Under the pieces are notes generated by a model. The model did not search any database and was not told the DNA's origin. It worked only from the letters and a program-made list of their open reading frames with translations. 64,000 nucleotides of DNA from a bacterium (GTDB lineage: Bacteria; Vulcanimicrobiota; Vulcanimicrobiia; Vulcanimicrobiales; SCRA01). Position 1 is the stretch's first letter. Each line of letters opens with the position of its first letter. The stretch spans positions 72,669 to 136,668 of the forward strand of contig SCRI01000058.1 in NCBI GenBank assembly GCA_004298675.1. The letters are read 5' to 3'. The position numbers and the translations under genes are program-made. Positions 27,710-36,593 of this stretch are shown here, piece by piece.

Positions 27710-28521
27710 TCGTCACCGTCGCCCCCACCGGCGCCGAGGTCGCCCCCGCGCAGACGCCCTATCTGCCCTATACCGCACAGATGCTCGGGGAGACCGCGGC
27801 CGCTTGCCGCGCGGCGGGCGCCGCGATGATCCACGTACACGGGCGGTGCGATGACGGACGCCCCACGCAGGACGTGGAGACCTATCGTGCCTTCGCCGCT
27901 GCGGTGCGCACGCACAGTGATCTCGTCCTGCAGTTCTCCACCGGCGGTGCCGTCGGCATGACGCCGCAAGAACGCGCCGTCAACCTCGAGTTACGGCCCG
28001 AGATGGCGACGCTCACGTGTGGAACGGTGAACTTCGGGGACGACGTTTTCGAGAATCCCTTCCCCGTGATGCGCGGCATCCTCGCACGCATGCGCGAGTT
28101 CGGCGTCACGCCGGAGCTGGAGATCTTCGACCTCGGCCATCTGGACAACGCCCGGCGGCTCGAGCGCGCGGGGTTGTTGACGTTTCCGTGCCACGTCGAT
28201 ATCGTGCTGGGCGTTCCCGGCGGCGCCGAAGGCAGCGTGGAGAACTTGGTCGACATCGTGCGTCGCCTCCCCTCCGGCTCTTCGTGGTCGGTGGCGGGCA
28301 TCGGGCGGGCGCAGCTGCCGTTAGCTGCAACGGCGATCGCGATGGGCGGCCACGTGCGGGTGGGCTTGGAGGACAACCTCTACTATGCCAAGGGGCAGCT
28401 GGCGCGCAACGAGGAGCTGGTGGCACGCGTGGTACGCATCGCCGCGGAGCTGCAGCGCCCGGTGGCGACGCCGGATGAGGCGCGCGAACTGCTTGGGCTG
28501 CGTCGAACAACCGTGCGATGA
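27697..28521 (+). CDS. kce: 3-keto-5-aminohexanoate cleavage enzyme (BKACE/DUF849 family)
   Basis: 274 aa: LIVTVAPTGAE...MIHVHGR...FSTGG...TCGTVNFGDDVFENP...ELEIFDLGH...GGHVRVGLEDNLY. The SD AGGAGAGGAGGG lies upstream, and the start overlaps the MutS-like gene by 13 nt. Confidence 0.85.
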   Translation: MDPLIVTVAPTGAEVAPAQTPYLPYTAQMLGETAAACRAAGAAMIHVHGRCDDGRPTQDVETYRAFAAAVRTHSDLVLQFSTGGAVGMTPQERAVNLELRPEMATLTCGTVNFGDDVFENPFPVMRGILARMREFGVTPELEIFDLGHLDNARRLERAGLLTFPCHVDIVLGVPGGAEGSVENLVDIVRRLPSGSSWSVAGIGRAQLPLAATAIAMGGHVRVGLEDNLYYAKGQLARNEELVARVVRIAAELQRPVATPDEARELLGLRRTTVR

Positions 28522-28572
28522 GGCGTGCGCGCAGTGCCGGCGTCAAGGGGAAAATCATGACACCGCCGTAAC

Positions 28573-29622
28573 TTGGGTGCGATTTCGAGGGTTCAGGCAG
28601 TCGCGGCATTCATCCGCGGCTGCTCTCGGTGCGTTCGGAGGGCTTCTACGCTGTTCAACTACGTGCTGCGACGGTCGGGACAAGCGGTCCCGCTGCTGTT
28701 GCTGATCTCGGTCATCATCTTTCTCATTCTGCACGAGGCACCCGGCGGACCGCTGACGCCCTACCTTCAGAATCCTCATATCACTCCGGCCGACATCGCG
28801 CGTCTGAAGCATAACTTTGGACTAGACCGTCCGCTCTACGTACAGTATCTGGCGTGGCTCGGGCACGTGGTGCGCGGTGACTTCGGCTATTCGACCTCGA
28901 ACTCGATGACGGTCGTGGGCGCCATCCTGGGCCGCTTGCCGGCCACGGTCATCCTGATGGGATGCGCCTTCGTCTTCTCGCTGCTGATCGGCATCCCGGC
29001 GGGGCTGCTGGCGGCGATCAAGCCCTACACGATCTGGGACTATCTGGTGACGACATTCGCCTTCTTCGGGCAGTCGATGCCGGTCTTCTGGTTCGCGCTC
29101 ATGCTGCAGTTGGTGTTCTCGGTCCACGGCATCACGGGCTTCGGCTACCGTCTGCAGTTGCCGTCGGCCTCGATGTGCTATACGGATGCCTGTCCCATCG
29201 ACGACCGCGTGGTCCATCTGATCTTACCGACGGTCGTGCTCTCCCTGGCCTACATCGCCACGTGGAGCCGCTTCACGCGCAGCTCCATGCTCGAAGTCAT
29301 CAGGACCGACTATATGCGTACCGCGGCCGCCAAAGGGTTGGCGCCGGCCGTGGTCGTGCTCAAGCACGGGTTGAAGAATGCCGTGATCCCGGTCGTGACG
29401 ATCATCGCGATCTCGCTGCCGGGTCTGGTGGGCGGCGCGATCATCACCGAGACGATCTTCGCCTGGCCCGGGATGGGGCGGTTGTTCTTCAACGCGCTCG
29501 GTCAGTTCGATTTTCCCCTTCTGATGGGCTACTTGATGCTCGTCTCGTTCCTGGTCGTGTTGTTCAACTTGCTCGCCGACGTGGCGTACGCGTGGCTCGA
29601 TCCTCGCGTCAAATACGATTGA
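28573..29622 (+). CDS. ABC transporter permease, DppB/OppB family
   Basis: FNYVLRRSGQAVPLLLLISVIIFLILH...YMRTAAAKGL (EAA-like loop)...DPRVKYD. The start is uncertain: TTG 28573 (ORF track), CTG 28651 (preceded by GGAGGG at 8 nt), or GTG 28663. Confidence 0.85.
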   Translation: MGAISRVQAVAAFIRGCSRCVRRASTLFNYVLRRSGQAVPLLLLISVIIFLILHEAPGGPLTPYLQNPHITPADIARLKHNFGLDRPLYVQYLAWLGHVVRGDFGYSTSNSMTVVGAILGRLPATVILMGCAFVFSLLIGIPAGLLAAIKPYTIWDYLVTTFAFFGQSMPVFWFALMLQLVFSVHGITGFGYRLQLPSASMCYTDACPIDDRVVHLILPTVVLSLAYIATWSRFTRSSMLEVIRTDYMRTAAAKGLAPAVVVLKHGLKNAVIPVVTIIAISLPGLVGGAIITETIFAWPGMGRLFFNALGQFDFPLLMGYLMLVSFLVVLFNLLADVAYAWLDPRVKYD

Positions 29623-29642
29623 GCACCGAGGAGAGACGCGCA

Positions 29643-30575
29643 ATGGCCGCTACCGTACCGCTACAGCAGACCCCAGAGCCGGATGCCCAGCTCCAAGCCG
29701 AGTTCGAGCGCGAACGCCACGCTACGTGGAAGCGCTTCAAGCGCCACAAATTGGCGATCGCCGGCTCGGCCGTCTTGATCTGCATCGTGCTCGTCGCGAT
29801 CTTCGCGCCGTTCCTCTCGCCCTGGAATCCGAACTTCATCGATCAGGCGCACTGGAACGGGTATCCGCTGGCGCCGGGCACCTACGGCCACTTCCTTGGC
29901 TCCGACGAGAACGGCCGCGATCTGTTCGCCCGCCTCATGTTCGGCGCGCGCATCTCGCTGACGGTCGGGATCTTCGCCGTGCTCATCGAGGTGGTCGTGG
30001 GGACGTTCCTCGGCGCGCTCGCGGGCTACTACGGCAAGTGGGTGGACTACGTCATCATGCGAGCCACCGACGTCTTCCTCTCGATCCCGCTGCTGCCGCT
30101 GCTGCTGGTGCTGACGGCCATCGTCGCGGCCTCCTCGAACAAGGCGGCGCTCTCCTTCGGCGTCATCGTCATCATCATCGGGGGCTTGGGCTGGATGCCG
30201 GTCACGCGTCTGGTGCGCGCCTCCTACCTCTCCTTGCGCGAGAAGGAGTTCGCCGAGGCCGCACGCGCTATCGGGGGCTCCGACGGCCGCATCATGTTCC
30301 GCCACCTGCTTCCCAATGCCGTGGCTCCGATCATCGTTCAGGCCACGCTCGACGTGGCCAACGTCATCATCCTCGAGTCAGCGCTCTCCTTTCTAGGCTT
30401 CGGCATCCAGCCGCCGACGGCGTCATGGGGCAACATGCTGGCCAACGCCGAGTACAACATGGCCATCGCGCCGTGGGCGGCCATCTTTCCCGGCTTGGCG
30501 ATCCTCGTCACCGTGCTTTCCATCAACTATATGGGCGACGGGCTACGCGACGCGCTCGATCCGAACATGCGCTAA
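29643..30575 (+). CDS. ABC transporter permease, DppC/OppC family
   Basis: From ATG 29643: MAATVPLQQ...WKRFKRHKLAIAGSAVLICIVLVAIFAPFLSPWNP...LGSDENGRDLFARL...AARAIGGSDGRIMFRHLLPN. Confidence 0.88.
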   Translation: MAATVPLQQTPEPDAQLQAEFERERHATWKRFKRHKLAIAGSAVLICIVLVAIFAPFLSPWNPNFIDQAHWNGYPLAPGTYGHFLGSDENGRDLFARLMFGARISLTVGIFAVLIEVVVGTFLGALAGYYGKWVDYVIMRATDVFLSIPLLPLLLVLTAIVAASSNKAALSFGVIVIIIGGLGWMPVTRLVRASYLSLREKEFAEAARAIGGSDGRIMFRHLLPNAVAPIIVQATLDVANVIILESALSFLGFGIQPPTASWGNMLANAEYNMAIAPWAAIFPGLAILVTVLSINYMGDGLRDALDPNMR

Positions 30576-30609
30576 CGTCCCGAGCTCGCGGATCAGGCTG
30601 CGAGGGGGA

Positions 30610-30638
30610 TTGACGAGGGGGGCGGCATCGTCTAAACT
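30610..30638 (+). promoter_or_regulatory. Sigma-70-type promoter for tRNA-Leu: TTGACG - 17 nt - TAAACT
   Basis: The hexamers at 30610-15 and 30633-38 have 17-nt spacing, about 43 nt upstream of the tRNA 5' end. Confidence 0.55.
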
Positions 30639-30680
30639 CCTTTGGGTCCCGGCCTCCCAGAGGCCCGGGGTTCGGCGCCT

Positions 30681-30767
30681 GCGGAAGTGGCGGAATTGGT
30701 AGACGCACCAGCTTGAGGGGCTGGCGGTAGCAATATCGTGCTGGTTCGAGTCCAGTCTTCCGCACCA
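30681..30767 (+). tRNA. tRNA-Leu (anticodon GAG), CCA encoded
   Basis: Manual cloverleaf. The acceptor stem is GCGGAAG/CTTCCGC. The anticodon arm is CCAGC-TTGAGGG-GCTGG. There is a long variable arm (CGGTAGCAATATCGT), a T-arm with TTCGAGT, and a 3' ACCA. Confidence 0.9.
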
Positions 30768-30774
30768 GAGATCG

Positions 30775-30806
30775 CGAGCGAGGGCATCCAACGGTGCCCT
30801 CGCTCG
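30775..30806 (+). terminator. Hairpin terminator after tRNA-Leu (12-bp stem CGAGCGAGGGCA / TGCCCTCGCTCG followed by TTTG)
   Basis: A perfect 12-bp stem with an 8-nt loop, read from the sequence. Confidence 0.6.
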
Positions 30807-30910
30807 TTTGCGTTGTTAATCTCGTCTTGATGATGCTCCCGTAGACTGGCAGTGGAAGACACGGGACGTCAAGGCGTCCGACGCACGATCTTGGAGGTAT
30901 CATTCCGCAC

Positions 30911-31972
30911 ATGCAGTTCAGCGTTTTCGCTCGCAGAAAGGCGCTTTCGATCGCTGCCGCGCTGGTGGCGACGGCTTTCGGCGCCTCGGTCGCGTTACCG
31001 GCACTCGCCGCGACGCAGTTGACGGGCGCCGGCTCCTCGTTCGATTATCCGCTCTTCTCGAAGGCCTTCTACGAGTACGGCCAGCATCACAATGACGTCA
31101 CGGTCAACTACCAGTCGATTGGGAGCGGCGGCGGCATCCAGCAGTTCACCGCCAAGACGGTCGACTTCGGTGCCAGCGACGTTCCGCTTAATACCGAAGA
31201 GTACAAGCGCGCCGAAGCGGCGGGTGGGAAGGTCTTGCAGATCCCGATCGCGCTGGGCGGCGTTGCGGTGGTCTATAATCTCCCCGGCGTCACGCAGGGA
31301 TTGCGGCTCTCCGGTCCGGTGATCGCCGACATCTACTTGGGCAAGATCGCGAAGTGGGATGACGCCGCGATCGCCAAGCTCAATCCGAAGGTGAAGCTTC
31401 CGAGTGAGCCGATCGTCGTGGTGCATCGCTCCGACGGTTCAGGCACCTCGTACATCTTCACCGATTATCTGTCGAGCGTCTCGCCGGAGTGGAAGAGCAA
31501 GGTCGGCGTAGGCAAGAGCGTGCAGTGGCCGGCGCAGAACAGTGTCGGCGGCAAGGGTAACGAGGGTATTGCGGGCCAGGTGCGGGAAACCGCCGGCGCA
31601 ATCGGATACGTCGAGCTGGCGTACGCACTGCAGAACAGCATGACGTATGCGCAGCTTGAAAACTCCGCGCGTGCGTTCGTCTCTCCGACCGTGAACAGCG
31701 TGCGCGCCGCCGCCGCCTCCAAGCCGAACGTCAGCCCGGCCGACTTCTCGATCGTGAACCGTCCGGGAGCTGCATCTTACCCGATCGCCGGGTATTCGTG
31801 GGTCATGGTCTTCGCCAAGCCCTCCGATGCCGCGCGGGGTAAGCAGATCAAGGAGGTGCTCGAGTGGACCGTGACCGCGGGGCAGAGCATCGCGGCATCG
31901 CTCGATTACGTTCCGTTGCCGGCCAACGTGCAGCAGGAGGCGAAGCGGGTCCTCGGCCAAATGCAACTCTAG
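30911..31972 (+). CDS. pstS: Phosphate ABC transporter substrate-binding protein
   Basis: A signal peptide followed by TGAGSSFDYPLFSKAF...GSGGGIQQF...DFGASD...RSDGSGTSYIFTDYL. Confidence 0.92.
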   Translation: MQFSVFARRKALSIAAALVATAFGASVALPALAATQLTGAGSSFDYPLFSKAFYEYGQHHNDVTVNYQSIGSGGGIQQFTAKTVDFGASDVPLNTEEYKRAEAAGGKVLQIPIALGGVAVVYNLPGVTQGLRLSGPVIADIYLGKIAKWDDAAIAKLNPKVKLPSEPIVVVHRSDGSGTSYIFTDYLSSVSPEWKSKVGVGKSVQWPAQNSVGGKGNEGIAGQVRETAGAIGYVELAYALQNSMTYAQLENSARAFVSPTVNSVRAAAASKPNVSPADFSIVNRPGAASYPIAGYSWVMVFAKPSDAARGKQIKEVLEWTVTAGQSIAASLDYVPLPANVQQEAKRVLGQMQL

Positions 31973-32071
31973 CCGGGCGCTCGTTCAGATTGACGATCCT
32001 TCACGCCGGGGGGTGCGCGTCCACGTGGCGCGCCCCCTCGGCGATGGCCTTTTCGGGAGAACACTGCTGAC

Positions 32072-33010
32072 GTGGGAGAACCCGCCTTCCGGCCGCGATA
32101 CCGCGTCGGCGATCGCCTCTTTGCGTGGGCGCTCAATCTCTCCACGTGGTTCTATGTCGCTCTGATCGTCGGCCTCTTCACCGTGCTGCTTGCCGGTTCG
32201 TGGCTGGCGATCAAATCGTTTGGGCTGCATTTCCTGGTGGCGTCGTCCTGGGATCCGGTGACGGGGCACTTCGGCGCGCTACCGTTCATCTTCGGAACGA
32301 TCGTCAGCTCGGTGATCGCCATTGCCATCGCGGCGGTGGTAGGGATCGCGGCGGCCGCCTACTTGGCGGAGTTCGCACCGCCGCTCATAGCCCGCCCGCT
32401 GGCGTTCTTGATCGAGCTCCTAGCAGCGGTCCCCAGTGTCGTCTACGGCCTCTGGGGACTTTTCGTTTTGGCCCCCGTCATGCGCTCGGCCATCGGCCCG
32501 GCCATCCAGTCCAAACTCGGCTGGCTGCCGCTTTTTAGCGGCCCGATCTACGGCGTTGGCATGCTCACGGCTAGCCTCATTCTCGCGCTGATGATCGTGC
32601 CGACCGTGGCGGCGATCTCGCGCGATTTCATCGAGGGAGTGGCCGTAGACCAGCGCGAGGCGATGCTGGCCTTGGGTGCCACGACCTGGGAGACGGTGCG
32701 GCGAGCGGTGCTGCCGGCGGCACGTCCGGGCATCTTCGGCGCCTGCGTGCTGGCGTTAGGCCGCGCGCTCGGTGAGACGATCGCCACGACGATGGTGATC
32801 GGCAACCGTCCTGCGATCTCGGCCTCGCTCTTCGCCCCGGGCTATACGCTAGCGAGCGTCATCGCCAACGAGTTCACGGAGGCGACGACGCAGGTCTACA
32901 TCAGCACGCTCATCGGCTTGGGCTTGCTCCTCTTCGTGATCAGCATCGTCGTGAACGCGGCGGCGCGCATCCTGATGCACACCGTGCTGCGCAACGTCGA
33001 GGAACGCTGA
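32072..33010 (+). CDS. pstC: Phosphate ABC transporter permease PstC
   Basis: 312 aa, multi-TM: GALPFIFGT...EAMLALGATTWETVRRAVLPAARPGI. Confidence 0.9.
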   Translation: MGEPAFRPRYRVGDRLFAWALNLSTWFYVALIVGLFTVLLAGSWLAIKSFGLHFLVASSWDPVTGHFGALPFIFGTIVSSVIAIAIAAVVGIAAAAYLAEFAPPLIARPLAFLIELLAAVPSVVYGLWGLFVLAPVMRSAIGPAIQSKLGWLPLFSGPIYGVGMLTASLILALMIVPTVAAISRDFIEGVAVDQREAMLALGATTWETVRRAVLPAARPGIFGACVLALGRALGETIATTMVIGNRPAISASLFAPGYTLASVIANEFTEATTQVYISTLIGLGLLLFVISIVVNAAARILMHTVLRNVEER

Positions 33011-33870
33011 TGGCCGACGTGATCGCCGTCCGCCGCACCATGCAGATGCGCCGCGTGCGCAGCGGGGTGAGCGTTTTTCTTACCGCGTTGTGCGCCGGAA
33101 GTGCCGCAGCCGCGCTGCTCTTGATCCTGGGCTACGTCGTGCACGCGGGTATCGCTTCGATCGGCCTGCCGTTTCTCACCCAGGTCCCGCATCCCGTTGG
33201 GATTCCTGGCGGCGGCGTCGCCAACGCCATCGTCGGAACCGGTATCACCGTCGCCATCTCGGTCGTGATGGCAACCCCGCTCGGGGTGCTCACGGGCGTC
33301 TACCTCGCGATCTACGGACGCGGCGCGGCGGCTTCGTCCATACGCTTCCTCTCGGACGTACTGGCTGGTGTGCCCAGCATCGCCATCGGCCTCTTCGCCT
33401 ACGTGGTACTGGTGGCGCCGTTCAAACATTTCTCGGCGATTTCGGGTGCCTTCGCCTTTGCCGTGCTGATGCTGCCGGTGATCATTCGAACCACGGAAGA
33501 GGCGATCCGCAGCGTGCCGATCGCGATCCGCGAGGGGGCGCTCGCGCTCGGGCTGCCGATCTACGCGACCACCTTGCGCGTGGTGATCCCCGCCGCGCGC
33601 GCCGCTATCATCACGGGCTTGCTGCTGTCGATTGCGCGCGTCACCGGTGAGACCGCGCCGCTGCTCTTCACGGCGTTCGGCAGCCAGTTCTGGGAGTTCA
33701 ATCCCGCCAATCCGATGGCTCAGCTACCATTGCAGATCTTCAACTATGCCATCTCGCCGTATCCTGAATGGCACCAGCAGGCGTGGGGCGGCGCGCTGAT
33801 TCTCATCGTGGTGGTACTGTTCCTCAACATCCTGGCGCGCGCGGCATTGCGAAGCCGAGCGAGCCGTTAG
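33010..33870 (+). CDS. pstA: Phosphate ABC transporter permease PstA
   Basis: 286 aa: [36 protein letters not shown]. The start overlaps the pstC stop (TGATG). Confidence 0.9.
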   Translation: MADVIAVRRTMQMRRVRSGVSVFLTALCAGSAAAALLLILGYVVHAGIASIGLPFLTQVPHPVGIPGGGVANAIVGTGITVAISVVMATPLGVLTGVYLAIYGRGAAASSIRFLSDVLAGVPSIAIGLFAYVVLVAPFKHFSAISGAFAFAVLMLPVIIRTTEEAIRSVPIAIREGALALGLPIYATTLRVVIPAARAAIITGLLLSIARVTGETAPLLFTAFGSQFWEFNPANPMAQLPLQIFNYAISPYPEWHQQAWGGALILIVVVLFLNILARAALRSRASR

Positions 33871-33884
33871 AGCGAAGGTTAGAG

Positions 33885-34724
33885 ATGCCGATATCGGCCG
33901 ACGTATTCACCGCCACGGCGCGTGGCAAACGCAGCGGCGAGGGGCCCAGCAAGGTGCAGCTTTCGGTGCGTTCGTTAAGCGCGCACTACGGCAAACGCCT
34001 GGCGATCCGTAACGTGTCGCTCGACTTCAAGCCGCGTACCGTCACCGCACTCATCGGACCTTCGGGCTGCGGCAAAACCACGTTGCTGCGCTGCCTCAAC
34101 CGCATTCACGAAGTGACGCGTGGCGCTTCGGTCAGCGGCGTGGTGGAGCTCGAGGGACAGGATATCTATGCGCCCGGCGTCGATCCGGTGGCCGTGCGCC
34201 GGCGCGTCGGCATGGTCTTCCAGCGTCCCAATCCGTTCCCCACGATGTCGATTCTCGATAACGTCGTGGCCGGGCTGAGGCTGGTGGGTGAGTGCCGCTC
34301 GCGCGGCGAGAAGCTGGAGGTGGCGGAGCGCACGCTGCGTCTGGCGGCCCTCTGGGACGAAGTGAAGGACAAGCTCGACCGCTCAGGCCTCTCGCTGTCG
34401 GGGGGGCAGCAGCAGCGGTTATGCATCGCGCGCGCGCTGGCTACCGAACCGGAGGTCCTGCTGATGGACGAGCCGGCCTCGGCTCTCGACCCCATCTCGA
34501 CCGCCAAGATCGAAGACTTGATGTCGACCCTGGCCGAGCGCTATACGATCATCGTCGTCACGCACAACATGCAGCAGGCGGCGCGCGTCTCGCAGGAGAC
34601 CGCCTTCATGCTCGCCGGCGAGGATGGGGTGGGCGAGCTGGTCGAGTTCGGGCCCACCACCGAGCTCTTCACGCGCCCCAAAGACCGCCGCACTGAGGAC
34701 TATATTACCGGGCGGTTTGGTTAG
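33885..34724 (+). CDS. pstB: Phosphate ABC transporter ATP-binding protein
   Basis: From ATG 33885: [18 protein letters not shown]...[15 protein letters not shown]...[12 protein letters not shown]. Confidence 0.93.
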   Translation: MPISADVFTATARGKRSGEGPSKVQLSVRSLSAHYGKRLAIRNVSLDFKPRTVTALIGPSGCGKTTLLRCLNRIHEVTRGASVSGVVELEGQDIYAPGVDPVAVRRRVGMVFQRPNPFPTMSILDNVVAGLRLVGECRSRGEKLEVAERTLRLAALWDEVKDKLDRSGLSLSGGQQQRLCIARALATEPEVLLMDEPASALDPISTAKIEDLMSTLAERYTIIVVTHNMQQAARVSQETAFMLAGEDGVGELVEFGPTTELFTRPKDRRTEDYITGRFG

Positions 34725-34733
34725 CGTGAGTGG

Positions 34734-34773
34734 GGAGAGTAAAAGGGGGCCTTTCGGCCCCCTTTTACTCTCC
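34734..34773. terminator. Strong perfect hairpin (18-bp stem GGAGAGTAAAAGGGGGCC / loop TTTC) after pstB
   Basis: Read from the sequence, 10 nt after the pstB stop. The T/A runs lie inside the stem rather than after it, so intrinsic-terminator function is plausible but not certain. Confidence 0.5.
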
Positions 34774-34962
34774 GTAGTTGTCGTCGAGCGGCTGCTCGTA
34801 CAGCGGCCGCATCTCTTCCTCTCGTCCCATGCTTCCCTTTCCGCGAACTCTGCCAACGGATCGCCTGGGACTATCGTAACGGAATCGCCTCGGTTGAGAA
34901 TATGGACTAATGTGACGGCTGCGGCACACCCGGCTCTGTCATCCGGCTAACGAAGTGCCTCG

Positions 34963-36528
34963 TCATTTCGCCACCTGGCCCACGTGCTCGCGCAGGAGGT
35001 GCTTCTGTACCTTGCCGCTAGCGGTCATCGGCAGCGCGTCGAGGAAGACGACGCGATCGGGGACCTTGTAATCGGCCAAGCGTGCGCGCACGTGGGCGCG
35101 CAGCTCCTCCGAGGCGGCCTCCGCATCCGCCACCGCTGCAGCGGGCACGATAGCGGCGACACTGCGCTCGCCGAGCACCCGGTCCTCCACGCCGACGACG
35201 GCCGCTTGGCGCACCAGCGGGTGCGCGTAGAGCAGGCTCTCCACCTCGGCGGGATAGATCTTGTAGCCGCCGCGTACGATCATCTCTTTCTTGCGGCCGA
35301 CGATGCGCACGTAGCCGCCCGCGTCGATGGTGGCAAGGTCCCCCGTCTTGAACCAGCCTTCGGCGTCGAGAACCTCCTCCGTCTGCGCGGGCTTGTTCCA
35401 GTAGCCCTTCATGATGCCGTAGCCGCGGCACTCCAGCTCGCCGACCTCGCCCGGGCCGGCCAGCGCGCCGTCCACGTCGCGGCGAATGCGGACCTCTGCG
35501 CCGGGCAGAGGACGCCCCACGGTCTGCGAGCGCGTGACGTCGTCGTCGTCGAACGACGTGGCCGTGAGCGTGGGCGAGGTCTCCGTGAGACCGTAGGCGA
35601 TGAGCACATTGCAGCCCAGCTCGGTACGGATGCGCCGCACGACGTCGACAGGGCAGGGGGCTCCGGCGATGTAGCCGGTGCGTAACGGCGAGAGATCCAG
35701 CTCGTGCAGCTTGGGGCTGGCCAGCTCCAGCACGAACATCGTCGGCACGCCGTGGTGTACGGTAACGCGCTCGCGCGCGCAGAGTTCGAGCGCGGCGTCG
35801 GCCTTGAACGTCTCCATCAGGACGACGCGCGCCCCCAGCTGGGCGGCCGTGAGGATGCTCGGGCAGATGCCGAAGATGTGGTAGAGCGGTACCGCCACCA
35901 AAAAGACGTCTTGTGGCGTGCAGGCCAACGATTCGGCCGTCTTGCGGGCGGTTACCACGAGGTTGCGGTGCGTGAGCATCGCACCCTTGGGCAGGCCCGT
36001 GGTTCCCGAGGTGTAGACGATCGCGAAGACGTCGTCCGGCGTGGCCGCAGCCGGCGTGAACGCGCCGCCGTTGCCGGTGGTCATGCCAGTCCAGTCCGCC
36101 GCTTCGGCGCTTTCCGTGGTATCGGCCGCGAGCACGCGCAGGCGTAAGGCGGGAAGCTCGGAGCGCAAGGCTTGGACGATAGCGCCGTAGTCGGCGTCGC
36201 CAGCCGCCTCCATGTGGAAGAGCGCGGCTGCCCCGGAGTCGGCGAGGATCGCACGCAGATCGTCGCGCCGCAGCCGCGGGTTGATCGGGACGAGCGCGTA
36301 GCCGCCCAAGGCGCAGGCCCAGTAGACAATGCAGAAAGACGGGCGGTTCGGGAGGATGCAGGCGACGCGCTCGCCCGGCGCCAGCCCCTGGTTACGCAGG
36401 TGCGCGGCCAGTGCCGTGGCTCGCTCGTGGAGTTGGCGCCAGGTGACGCGCTCCGCTCCAGACACGAGCGCCGTGGCCTCCGGCAGCGCCGCGCGGTTGT
36501 GCTCTAGGATCTGCGCTAGCGTCTCCAT
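34963..36528 (-). CDS. AMP-dependent acyl-CoA synthetase/ligase (long-chain-fatty-acid--CoA ligase-like)
   Basis: From ATG 36528, preceded by AAGGGGGA: METLAQILEHN...IVYTSGTTGLPKGAMLTHRNL...GYGLTET...TGDLA...GGYKIYPAEVE...SGKVQK. Confidence 0.88.
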   Translation of the reverse strand: METLAQILEHNRAALPEATALVSGAERVTWRQLHERATALAAHLRNQGLAPGERVACILPNRPSFCIVYWACALGGYALVPINPRLRRDDLRAILADSGAAALFHMEAAGDADYGAIVQALRSELPALRLRVLAADTTESAEAADWTGMTTGNGGAFTPAAATPDDVFAIVYTSGTTGLPKGAMLTHRNLVVTARKTAESLACTPQDVFLVAVPLYHIFGICPSILTAAQLGARVVLMETFKADAALELCARERVTVHHGVPTMFVLELASPKLHELDLSPLRTGYIAGAPCPVDVVRRIRTELGCNVLIAYGLTETSPTLTATSFDDDDVTRSQTVGRPLPGAEVRIRRDVDGALAGPGEVGELECRGYGIMKGYWNKPAQTEEVLDAEGWFKTGDLATIDAGGYVRIVGRKKEMIVRGGYKIYPAEVESLLYAHPLVRQAAVVGVEDRVLGERSVAAIVPAAAVADAEAASEELRAHVRARLADYKVPDRVVFLDALPMTASGKVQKHLLREHVGQVAK

Positions 36529-36550
36529 GTGCGTTCCCCCTTCGCGCAAC

Positions 36551-36583
36551 GTTCGCAGGGACGGTGTGGCGCGCCCTGCGAAC
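36551..36583. promoter_or_regulatory. Perfect 10-bp inverted repeat GTTCGCAGGG-N13-CCCTGCGAAC in the 65-bp divergent intergenic region
   Basis: Read from the sequence, between the acyl-CoA synthetase start (36528, minus strand) and the SDR start (36594, plus strand). Candidate operator or 5'-UTR hairpin. Confidence 0.45.
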
Positions 36584-36593
36584 CTCAGCGGCC

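Noticed and set aside
30807-30910. Pho box upstream of pstS
   Set aside because: I looked for direct repeats of the E. coli, Bacillus and Streptomyces types and found no convincing periodic repeat. I am not reporting a site.
30523-30912. Minus-strand ORFs spanning the tRNA-Leu locus
   Set aside because: They run through a well-folded tRNA gene, its promoter and its terminator, so they are spurious.
34765-34830. 21-codon minus-strand ORF (MGREEEMRPLYEQPLDDNYGE) ending inside the pstB hairpin
   Set aside because: It is too short, the SD spacing is poor, and its stop codon is part of the hairpin stem. Nothing supports it beyond an open frame.
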